This document shows, in pieces, positions 7,076-14,932 of a DNA stretch of 27,153 bases (position 1 is the first letter of the stretch; every line of letters starts with the position of its first letter). The notes beneath the pieces are model-generated. The model saw nothing but the letters and a program-made list of their open reading frames with translations, searched no databases and was not told the DNA's origin. Origin of the DNA: a virus (Duplodnaviria > Caudoviricetes); IMG/VR virus record IMGVR_UViG_3300030207_000144, positions 1 through 27,153 of that record; one strand, 5' to 3'. A program made the translations under genes and the position numbers.

Positions 7076-7274
7076 ACACGGACACACACCACAAGAGGCA
7101 GCCCGTGCACAGGTCCTCGACATGATTGAGGCACTCGCCCGATCAGACGAAGATCACAGTCAATACGTCGAGACACCATCGTTTAACGCCTCAAAGCGTA
7201 AACAACTTGCACGGCTGTATTACAAACTGGGCCATCAGTGGAAGTTTGATCTCGGGGCAATTTTAGAAACGTAG
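7065..7274 (+). CDS. hypothetical protein (69 aa)
   Basis: AGGAGA RBS; tightly packed with neighbours. Confidence 0.75.
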   Translation: MKNKHGHTPQEAARAQVLDMIEALARSDEDHSQYVETPSFNASKRKQLARLYYKLGHQWKFDLGAILET

Positions 7275-7286
7275 GAGAATTTAGGA

Positions 7287-7484
7287 ATGAACAAGTCTAT
7301 TGATGAACAAATAAAAGAGCTTAGGGAAGCTCTTGCAGGAACAATGATGAAAGCGACTGGACTGAAGTTGATCCACACAGGAATTAAGGCAGGGGACATG
7401 GAACTCGTCAAAACTGGGTGGGAGATGCAAGAGGGCTTGTATGACGACCTCAGCAAGGCGATAGGTGTTCTTAATGGAGAATAA
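7287..7484 (+). CDS. hypothetical protein (65 aa)
   Basis: AGGAGA RBS; helical sequence character. Confidence 0.75.
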   Translation: MNKSIDEQIKELREALAGTMMKATGLKLIHTGIKAGDMELVKTGWEMQEGLYDDLSKAIGVLNGE

Positions 7485-7496
7485 CGGAGAACAGTG

Positions 7497-7895
7497 ATGG
7501 GAGACGTAATTGATATAACCGAGAGGTTGGCCCGTAAAAAGCAGGGGACACTACCTAACAAGTTAGCCGTTCGTGGGTTAAAGAATTTGTACGTAACGGC
7601 GAATTGCGAAGATTACTTGCATGACTACTTTGGGGACAAAGAGGACGCGAGGGAATTCATGCTTAACTGCATGATGCGCTTTATCCGTAACGACTTTGGG
7701 GCGTTAGGCCAAGAAGATATAGAGGGTAACTGGCACAGTATGGAGAACGGCGGGACGGTGACAGGATGTTACCCGTTTGACGAACGGCAGTTTTTAGGGG
7801 AAGAGGCCATTGAAGATACATCAGAGCTTCAGATGTGGGTGGTGCTCGATTCAGACGGGCAGACATTGACTATGCTAGTGGAAGAGGATTGTTAA
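7497..7895 (+). CDS. hypothetical protein, divergent member of the plasmid/phage 'GDWG...ED...N...TTILLPxEY' family
   Basis: GGAGA RBS at 7486. RNDFGALGQEDIEGN...GCYPF...MWVVLDSDGQTLTMLVEEDC parallels that family by eye. Confidence 0.65.
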   Translation: MGDVIDITERLARKKQGTLPNKLAVRGLKNLYVTANCEDYLHDYFGDKEDAREFMLNCMMRFIRNDFGALGQEDIEGNWHSMENGGTVTGCYPFDERQFLGEEAIEDTSELQMWVVLDSDGQTLTMLVEEDC

Positions 7896-7918
7896 ATTTG
7901 GGGTAATTTGCATCAGGC

Positions 7919-8037
7919 GAGTGTGAGCGTCAGGTGTTGTTGTCTTTAGACGACTCCGTACGAGAAATAGGTCGAATGAAGTGGTCGCCCCAGTTACTTG
8001 ACACGGCCCAATTCGACCGACTCACACACTCATTTTT
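7919..8037 (+). ncRNA. candidate multi-stem structured RNA
   Basis: Paired segments GTGTGAG/CTCACAC, GTTGTC/GACGAC and GGTCGAAT/ATTCGACC in a 157-bp intergenic gap. Confidence 0.4.
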
Positions 8038-8052
8038 AGAGAGGAGAACTAT

Positions 8053-8382
8053 ATGGACGATTTTGAAGTTAAGTTGTTAAAGAAAAACTCATCCCCTAAA
8101 GCCGAGGGGGAAAGAATATCCCTTCTTGAAGAGGCAATCGAACTCACTAGTGGAAGCCGCAACGCCGATTACGGTGACCCATACGACAACCACAATCTGA
8201 TAGCCAATATTGCTACGCTTACCACAGGTAAAGAACTTACCGCTTATGACATCGTCCTTGTGCAGATGGCTACCAAGTTGGCACGGATGAGAGTCACTCG
8301 GTCGAAGCGTGACCATTATGTTGATCTCGCGGCATACACAGGCATTGCCTACGAGTGTCTGCCACCAGAGGATTCAGATTGA
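8053..8382 (+). CDS. DUF6378-like phage protein (possible nucleotide-metabolism domain)
   Basis: LLEEA...RNADYGDPYDNH..IA...KLAR...DHYVDLAAY. AGGAGA RBS. Confidence 0.8.
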   Translation: MDDFEVKLLKKNSSPKAEGERISLLEEAIELTSGSRNADYGDPYDNHNLIANIATLTTGKELTAYDIVLVQMATKLARMRVTRSKRDHYVDLAAYTGIAYECLPPEDSD

Positions 8383-10211
8383 TGGATTTAATTACGGTAG
8401 ATTTTGAAACGTATTACGACAAGGATTATTCCCTGTCTAAATTAACTACTGAGGAGTACATACGTGATCCCCGATTTGAGGTGATCGGCGTGGGTATTAA
8501 GGTGAACAATGAAGGAACTCAATGGGCAAGTGGAACCCACGACGAACTTAGGCAGTATCTACACAGCTTCCGCTGGTCAGAAAGTATGGTACTTGCTCAC
8601 AACACTATGTTTGATGGTGCCATTTTGTCTTGGTTGTTTGATGTTCATCCTCGCGTGTATACCGATACTTTGTGTATCGCCCGTGCTGTTCATGGCGTGG
8701 AAGTTGGTGGCAGTCTCAGGGCACTATCTGAAAGATATTCAATCGGTGTTAAAGGCACCGAGGTTCTAAATGCTTTAGGTAAACGTCGAGCGGACTTTAA
8801 TGACGAAGAACTGTCTGTGTACGGCGACTACTGCATAAATGATGTCGAGCTAACACACAAGCTATTTAATATCTTTTTGCGCAAGGGCTTTCCTAAGCAA
8901 GAACTTAGGATAATAGACCTGACCTTGCGTATGTTTACGGAGCCGTGCTTAGAACTGGACATTGGTTTACTTGAACAGCATCTGGAAGACACAAGAGAGC
9001 GGAAAGACCAACTCCTTGAACACGCAGGTGTGTGTAAAGATGATCTTATGTCCAACCCCAAGTTTGCTGAGATGCTCCAAGGCTTGGGTGTCACTCCGCC
9101 AACAAAGATCAGTTTGACCACGGGTAAGGAAACCTTTGCCTTCGCGAAAAATGATGAGGCTTTCAAAGCATTAGCCGATCATGAGGATGACCGAGTGCAA
9201 TCCGTAGTTGCGGCACGTTTGGGCACAAAAAGTACCCTTGAGGAAACACGTACTAACAGGTTTATAGATATAGGTAAACGTGGAACTCTCCCGGTACCAG
9301 TAAGGTATTACGCCGCGCATACTGGGCGATGGGGTGGTGACGATAAGATCAACATGCAGAACTTACCTAGCCGTGGGCTGAATGGTAAAAAGTTAAAGCG
9401 CAGTATCCTCGCACCAGAGGGCTACACGTTGATCGACGCCGATAGCGCACAGATAGAAGCGCGTGTACTCGCGTGGCTTGCAGAGCAAGACGATCTGACT
9501 CAGGCGTTCGCCAACAAAGAAGATGTGTACAAGATTATGGCATCCGCTATCTATCAGGTACCTGTGGATAAGATAGATAAGGACCAACGTTTTGTCGGTA
9601 AGACTACCATCCTTGGCGCAGGTTACGGCATGGGAGCCGTGAGGTTCCAAGCACAGCTAAAGACGTTTGGGTTTGATATGAAACTAGACGAAGCTCGTCG
9701 TGTTATTAACGTCTATCGAGAGTCGAATGCGGATATCCATAGGCTATGGCGCAACTGTCAAGACATGCTCAAACACATGGTCAATGGTGACAGTGTACCA
9801 ATTGGTAAAGACGGGGTGCTGGAAGTGTTGGGATCGGAACGTGGTGTCCTGCTTCCGTCAGGTTTAGTACTGCGCTATGACGACTTATCAGTTGAAACCG
9901 ACGACAGGGGATTACAATACAGTTATAGGACACGCCGTGGGCGCACCAGAATATATGGTGGGAAGGTTACTGAAAATGTGTGTCAGGCGATAGCACGTTG
10001 TATTATTGGTGAGCAGATGCTACAAATCAGTAAGAAATGTCGCATCGTGCTAACTGTGCATGACTCGATTGTTGTTTGTGCGAAAGACGATGAAGTCGAT
10101 GAAACACAGGCGTATGTCGAGCAATGTATGCGTTGGGTACCAGCATGGGCAGAAGGTCTCCCCATTGATTGCGAAAGTGGGATAGGTAAATCGTACGGGG
10201 ATTGTGAGTGA
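8382..10211 (+). CDS. family A DNA polymerase with 3'-5' exonuclease
   Basis: ExoI DFETY, ExoII AHNTMFD, ExoIII YCINDV, HTGRWGG..NMQNLP, motif A DSAQIEARV, motif B RFVGKTTILGAGYG and motif C VHDS. Start at the TGATG overlap at 8382. Confidence 0.95.
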   Translation: MDLITVDFETYYDKDYSLSKLTTEEYIRDPRFEVIGVGIKVNNEGTQWASGTHDELRQYLHSFRWSESMVLAHNTMFDGAILSWLFDVHPRVYTDTLCIARAVHGVEVGGSLRALSERYSIGVKGTEVLNALGKRRADFNDEELSVYGDYCINDVELTHKLFNIFLRKGFPKQELRIIDLTLRMFTEPCLELDIGLLEQHLEDTRERKDQLLEHAGVCKDDLMSNPKFAEMLQGLGVTPPTKISLTTGKETFAFAKNDEAFKALADHEDDRVQSVVAARLGTKSTLEETRTNRFIDIGKRGTLPVPVRYYAAHTGRWGGDDKINMQNLPSRGLNGKKLKRSILAPEGYTLIDADSAQIEARVLAWLAEQDDLTQAFANKEDVYKIMASAIYQVPVDKIDKDQRFVGKTTILGAGYGMGAVRFQAQLKTFGFDMKLDEARRVINVYRESNADIHRLWRNCQDMLKHMVNGDSVPIGKDGVLEVLGSERGVLLPSGLVLRYDDLSVETDDRGLQYSYRTRRGRTRIYGGKVTENVCQAIARCIIGEQMLQISKKCRIVLTVHDSIVVCAKDDEVDETQAYVEQCMRWVPAWAEGLPIDCESGIGKSYGDCE

Positions 10212-10882
10212 GTGTGGCACCGTGGTCATTTAGCAAGATTAAGGCATTTGAGCAATGCCCCAAACAGTTCTATCACGAAAAGATATTGAAGGAGTATCCG
10301 TTCGTTGAGACTGAAGCTATCAGATACGGCAACGCATTCCACAAAAGCGCCGAGCACTACGTTAAGGACGGTACCCCACTACCTGATAAGTTTACGTATG
10401 CTCAACCAGTGCTTGATTCTTTGAAAGCAAAACAAGGAGTCAAGCTGTGTGAACAAAAGATGGGGATCACAGAAGACCTTGAACCGTGCGGTTTTTATGA
10501 CAGTAACGTGTGGTTTCGCGGTATCGCAGATTTACTAATCCTCGATACGGAAAATCAAACAGCGTGGGTGATTGATTATAAGACTGGTAAGAATGCACGG
10601 TACGCAGACAAAGGTCAGCTAGAACTGATGGCGCTATCGGTGTTTACACATTATCCCGACATCAAGAAGGTCAGGGGTGGACTAGTCTTTGTGGTCAGTA
10701 ACGACCTTATAAGAGATACCTATACTGCATGGGTAGATGAGTTTGAACTGTGGCGCAAGTGGTCAGGTAAATACAACGCCATGAAGATTGCAGAACGTGA
10801 GAATGTTTGGAACCCACGCCCTAACGGATTGTGCAAACGCCACTGTCCAGTAACTGTATGTCCTCATAATGGGAGCAACTAA
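10208..10882 (+). CDS. PD-(D/E)XK nuclease, Cas4/RecB-like
   Basis: SFSKIKAFEQCP, RGIADL, IDYKTG and QLELMA motifs, plus a C-terminal C-x3-C-x4-C. Confidence 0.9.
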   Translation: MSVAPWSFSKIKAFEQCPKQFYHEKILKEYPFVETEAIRYGNAFHKSAEHYVKDGTPLPDKFTYAQPVLDSLKAKQGVKLCEQKMGITEDLEPCGFYDSNVWFRGIADLLILDTENQTAWVIDYKTGKNARYADKGQLELMALSVFTHYPDIKKVRGGLVFVVSNDLIRDTYTAWVDEFELWRKWSGKYNAMKIAERENVWNPRPNGLCKRHCPVTVCPHNGSN

Positions 10883-11169
10883 TGCCATACAAGAACCCCA
10901 AAGATCGGCCTAAACAAAAGAATAAGCCTGTCGGGAGTAAAGAATTTAAGGCACGTATGGAACGTCAACGTGCTCGAAGAAAGATAGATAAGACAGGTAA
11001 AGACGCCAACAAAAATGGGAAAGCCGATAAGCGAGAGGGTAAAGACGTGGCGCACAAGAAGCCATTATCGCGTGGCGGTTCCAACAAAGATGGCGTCACG
11101 GTGCAGAGTCGTCGCCGTAATCGTGCGGCGGGTGGGGCTTTGAGCAAAGGGCGTAAGAAACGACGTTAG
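10882..11169 (+). CDS. basic HNH-like protein
   Basis: KDVAHKKPLSRGGSN...RRRNRA; very rich in K and R. Confidence 0.75.
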   Translation: MPYKNPKDRPKQKNKPVGSKEFKARMERQRARRKIDKTGKDANKNGKADKREGKDVAHKKPLSRGGSNKDGVTVQSRRRNRAAGGALSKGRKKRR

Positions 11170-11181
11170 TGCCACACTAAC
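11165..11181. repeat. 17-bp palindrome copy 8 (GTTAGTG-CCA-CACTAAC)
   Basis: Supplies the TAG stop (11167-11169) of the HNH-like gene. Confidence 0.95.
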
Positions 11182-11216
11182 ACCACGCCGTACGGCGTTG
11201 CGATGGGAGAAGAGTT

Positions 11217-12752
11217 GTGCAGATATTGGAAAACAAGGCGCTTTTGTTACGCCTGAAAAATCCAAACAAAGTTACGAAAGTTGTTGAGAAGAGCCGACAA
11301 CTACCGGATAACCAAGTAGTTGTGAACTGGGGGATAGACGAAGCGCATATCCTCAAGAACCTAAACATCAACGTGCCATCCCCGATAGAGGGACAGTACA
11401 AGTGGTCTGGTCGGTACGCGCCGTACGAACACCAAAAGACTACAGCCGCATTCCTAACAATGCACCGCAGGGCATTTTGTTTTAACGAACAAGGCACCGG
11501 CAAGACTGCGTCTGCGATATGGGCATCTGACTTCCTGTTGACGCAGGGCAAAATAAATCGTGTGTTAGTTATCTGCCCGCTCTCCATCATGGATAGCGCA
11601 TGGCGTAATGACTTGTTTAGTTTTGCTATGCACCGTACCGTTGACGTTGCCTATGGCAGCAAAGACAGGCGAAAGAAGATCATCAACCAAGGGGCTGACT
11701 ACGTTGTTATTAATTACGATGGTGTTGATATCGTCGCCGAAGACATTGCGAACGGCGGGTTCGACTGCATCATTGTCGATGAAGCTACACACTATAAGAA
11801 CGTACAGACCAAGCGATGGAAAACACTCTATAAACTGTTAACTCCGCAAACGTGGCTTTGGATGATGACAGGTACCCCTGCTGCACAAAGTCCTACCGAT
11901 GCGTACGGTATCGCCAAGATGGTCAACCCCCACGGAGTGCCACGGTTCTTCGGTTCTTTCCGCGATCAAGTGATGTTCAAGGTGACCAACTTCAAATGGA
12001 TAGCCAAAGACACCGCAACCGAAATAGTGTTTAACGCGCTGCAACCTGCCATCCGCTTTACGAAGGACGAGTGCCTCGACCTACCCGACATGGTGTACAC
12101 CAAACGTGAGGTAGAACTTACGCGCCAACAAAAGAAGTACTACAAGGAGCTTAAAGATAAACTTGTTTTACAGACTGCGGGTGAAGAGATCACGGCACCC
12201 AACGCCGCCATCAACATGAGCAAACTCCTACAAATATCCTCTGGTGCAGTCTACACGGACAACGGAGAGGCATTAGAGTTTGACATCAAGAACCGCTACA
12301 AGGTTTTACGTGAAGTCATTGACGAAAGCAGCAAAAAGGTTTTGGTCTTTGTGCCCTTCAAGCACACCATCGACATCCTTACCAACAAGTTACTGGACGA
12401 TGGTATAACCACCGAAATTATACGTGGGGACGTGTCTGCGCCGAAACGCACGGAGATATTTCATCGTTTCCAAACGACCGATAACCCGAAAGTGTTGGTG
12501 ATCCAGCCTCAAGCTGCTGCGCATGGGGTCACGCTCACCGCTGCTAACACCGTGGTGTGGTGGGGACCCACAAGCTCGTTAGAAACATACGCTCAAGCTA
12601 ACGCACGTGTTCACAGATCAGGGCAAGATCACAAGTGTACCGTCGTACAGCTACAAGGGTCTGCTGTAGAGAAACGTGTTTACACACTATTAGATAACAG
12701 AATTGACGTACACACAAAAATGGTTGACCTTTACAAGGAATTACTTGACTAG
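11217..12752 (+). CDS. SNF2-family (SF2) helicase
   Basis: QGTGKT, DEATH, MTGTP, AHGVTLT and QANARVHRSGQ. GGAGA RBS with a GTG start. Confidence 0.93.
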   Translation: MQILENKALLLRLKNPNKVTKVVEKSRQLPDNQVVVNWGIDEAHILKNLNINVPSPIEGQYKWSGRYAPYEHQKTTAAFLTMHRRAFCFNEQGTGKTASAIWASDFLLTQGKINRVLVICPLSIMDSAWRNDLFSFAMHRTVDVAYGSKDRRKKIINQGADYVVINYDGVDIVAEDIANGGFDCIIVDEATHYKNVQTKRWKTLYKLLTPQTWLWMMTGTPAAQSPTDAYGIAKMVNPHGVPRFFGSFRDQVMFKVTNFKWIAKDTATEIVFNALQPAIRFTKDECLDLPDMVYTKREVELTRQQKKYYKELKDKLVLQTAGEEITAPNAAINMSKLLQISSGAVYTDNGEALEFDIKNRYKVLREVIDESSKKVLVFVPFKHTIDILTNKLLDDGITTEIIRGDVSAPKRTEIFHRFQTTDNPKVLVIQPQAAAHGVTLTAANTVVWWGPTSSLETYAQANARVHRSGQDHKCTVVQLQGSAVEKRVYTLLDNRIDVHTKMVDLYKELLD

Positions 12753-12773
12753 CTCATCACATACAAGTAGATT
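12745..12773 (+). promoter_or_regulatory. sigma70-type promoter P3
   Basis: TTGACT (12745-12750), 17-bp spacer, TAGATT (12768-12773), at the end of the helicase gene. Confidence 0.6.
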
Positions 12774-12815
12774 GAATACCCCGACAGTTATGTCGTGCGA
12801 CGAAGAGAGAATTGT

Positions 12816-13217
12816 ATGAGCGAGGACAGGAAGTTAGCTGAAAAGCTAACGCGTGTGTACCTAAAAATCCGTGACAAGAAGGCTCAGCTTTCAGCGGAAT
12901 TTAAGGCAGCAGAGGACGACTTGAACCAGCAATTGGATCAGGTCAAAACCGCGTTACTCGGGTACTGCAAGGAGCAGGGGCTTGAGAGCGTGAAGACTTC
13001 AGAGGGTATTTTCTACCGTTCGGTGAAGACGCGCTACTGGACCAGCGACTGGGAAGCGATGCACCAATTTGTTATGGAGCACAACGTGCCTGAGTTTCTG
13101 GAAAAGCGGCTCAACCAAACTAACGTGCGAACGTTCCTTGAAGAAAATCCGGAGACCATACCGAAAGGGTTAAACGTGGACTCTGAATACATCATATCAG
13201 TGAGGAAAAAATCATGA
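12816..13217 (+). CDS. conserved-type phage replication-module protein (coiled coil + beta domain)
   Basis: ATG 12816 after GAGAG. Motifs YLKIRD, SVKTSEG, DWEAM and LEKRL...PKGLNV. Confidence 0.8.
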   Translation: MSEDRKLAEKLTRVYLKIRDKKAQLSAEFKAAEDDLNQQLDQVKTALLGYCKEQGLESVKTSEGIFYRSVKTRYWTSDWEAMHQFVMEHNVPEFLEKRLNQTNVRTFLEENPETIPKGLNVDSEYIISVRKKS

Positions 13218-13483
13218 CCGGACCTTTCGTCCCAATCGAAGACCTATCCAAGCATTTCTCTGTATCGGTTTCGACCATACGGGCATGGGTGCGTCAAGGA
13301 CACATACCTAAAGATACTTACATCAAAGTAGGTAACACCTATAGATTTTCAATTGATGATGTATCTACAGCGTTAACGCAGAGGGACACTGTTCTCGTTG
13401 ATGACGCCACTGTTACCGTCAGTGAAGTCGCTCCTGTCTCTGCACTCTTGGCTGACAGTGGTGAGTTGGACGAGGACTTGTGA
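13214..13483 (+). CDS. excisionase/MerR-like helix-turn-helix DNA-binding protein
   Basis: IEDLSKHFSVSVSTIRAWVRQGHIP...IKVGNTYRF. Confidence 0.85.
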   Translation: MTGPFVPIEDLSKHFSVSVSTIRAWVRQGHIPKDTYIKVGNTYRFSIDDVSTALTQRDTVLVDDATVTVSEVAPVSALLADSGELDEDL

Positions 13484-14154
13484 GCGACATACACCGCCGA
13501 ATAAGTATCAACGGCAGTAAGTTCCAAGAGTATATTAACGGGCAACAAGGCACGGTGCATGAAGGTGCATTGAACGTGGTAATCTTGAACGCCGCTAAAA
13601 TCTCTCGCTCTTATTACGCAGGTGCGTATGACGCTAGCAATCCGACACGTCCTACGTGCTGGTCAGCCGACACCGATGCACCTGCGCCAGAAGTACCGGC
13701 GCTGGATCGTCAAGCCCATCGTTGTATGGACTGTCCCCAAAATATAAAAGGGTCAGGATCAGGGGCATCACGTGCATGTCGTTTCGCACAACGCCTAGCC
13801 GTTGCTATCGAAGGACAACTAGACACGGTGTACCAACTGCAACTACCTGCGACATCGTTGTTCGGTAAGGCACGGGATGGCAAGATGCCGATGCAAGCGT
13901 ACGCGCAACACCTAAGTTCTCATGACACACCTGTTATATCGGTGATAACTGAGTGCGCGTTTGATCAATCTGCCCTTGTCCCAAAACTTTTCTTCAAGGC
14001 GGTGCGCCCTCTTGCAGAAGATGAAGTAAGCCTCGCGGTTTCACAAGCTGGAAGCCAAGACGCTAAAGACGCCATATCAATGGCAATATCAACACCCTCA
14101 ATAGGGTCAATCTTTGCGGAAGTGGACGGCTTCGTCTATGACGCAAATGCATAA
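13480..14154 (+). CDS. Cys4-containing putative ssDNA-binding/annealing protein
   Basis: PTCWS...CMDCPQNIKGSG...ACR...LQLPATSLFG, a motif set common in phage replication modules. The function is inferred. Confidence 0.6.
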   Translation: MSDIHRRISINGSKFQEYINGQQGTVHEGALNVVILNAAKISRSYYAGAYDASNPTRPTCWSADTDAPAPEVPALDRQAHRCMDCPQNIKGSGSGASRACRFAQRLAVAIEGQLDTVYQLQLPATSLFGKARDGKMPMQAYAQHLSSHDTPVISVITECAFDQSALVPKLFFKAVRPLAEDEVSLAVSQAGSQDAKDAISMAISTPSIGSIFAEVDGFVYDANA

Positions 14155-14166
14155 TAGGAGACTTAA

Positions 14167-14847
14167 ATGTCTGAGCAATACGTTATAAGAAATATCACTG
14201 CTATGTATCCCAAATTGGATAGGACATACAGGTACGACAACGACCAACAACGCTCCGTATCGTGTGATGCAACGGACGATGGTGCGGAGTATTCACTGAA
14301 CTTTGTTATGGATGACGCAACAGCCAAGGCTTTGTGGACATACATGAAAAAAACTTACGCGGAAGTCAAAAAAGATAACTGGCCCGCCGTCAAAAACCCC
14401 TTCAAGAAAACCGATGATGGGATGTGGACGCACAAGGCTAATCTGAAGGGCGCTTACAATGGCGATAAGAGTCGGAAGCCTTCACAGTTTGATGCAAAGA
14501 CCAACGAACTGCCCGATGATTTCCAACTGACAAGCGGTAGCACCGTGAACGTTGCAGTGAAGGGTGTGCCTTACTCTGGTTCAATGGGTGCCGGTTGTAG
14601 CCTTAGACTGCAAGCTGTTCAGGTCTTAAAACTTGCGGAGCGTAGGCAAGCAAATCCATTCAGCGCCGAAGACGGGTACAACTCTAAAGAAAACAATCCG
14701 TTTGTTGAAGAATTTGTCGAGGAAGAGGTCGCAGAAAAAGTTGTTGCGGAACCTACTAAGGTTGTTAAAAAGTCTGCCCCTGCACCCAAAGAAAATAACG
14801 CCAACCTAAGTTCGATCATAGACGAGTGGGATGACTCGGAAGACTAA
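14167..14847 (+). CDS. single-stranded DNA-binding protein (T7 gp2.5/DUF2815-like)
   Basis: YPKL, SGSTVNV and GCSLRLQAVQVL motifs, with an acidic C-terminal tail (IIDEWDDSED). Confidence 0.8.
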   Translation: MSEQYVIRNITAMYPKLDRTYRYDNDQQRSVSCDATDDGAEYSLNFVMDDATAKALWTYMKKTYAEVKKDNWPAVKNPFKKTDDGMWTHKANLKGAYNGDKSRKPSQFDAKTNELPDDFQLTSGSTVNVAVKGVPYSGSMGAGCSLRLQAVQVLKLAERRQANPFSAEDGYNSKENNPFVEEFVEEEVAEKVVAEPTKVVKKSAPAPKENNANLSSIIDEWDDSED

Positions 14848-14873
14848 ACTTGTTATGAACAGGTAATCGAACT

Positions 14874-14910
14874 GTCACGACGGGGGGTTTCCTTTGTCCC
14901 TCGTCGTGGC
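14874..14910 (+). other. 13-bp RNA hairpin without U-tract between SSB and primase genes
   Basis: GTCACGACGGGGG pairs with CCCTCGTCGTGGC (two G-U pairs). Confidence 0.6.
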
Positions 14911-14932
14911 TATCTAGGCAACGGGTGGGCCA

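Noticed and set aside
7919-8037. tRNA or hammerhead ribozyme call for the structured gap
   Set aside because: There is no T-arm GTTCRA in a cloverleaf context and no CTGANGA core.
150-11181. Integron attC interpretation of the GTTAG.../...CTAAC palindromes
   Set aside because: The order is reversed relative to attC (RYYYAAC...GTTRRRY), the sites are far too short, GTTAGTG does not fit GTTRRRY, and no integrase is present.
13214-13483. Excisionase implying a prophage
   Set aside because: No integrase or att site lies in the window, and this HTH type is common in replication modules.
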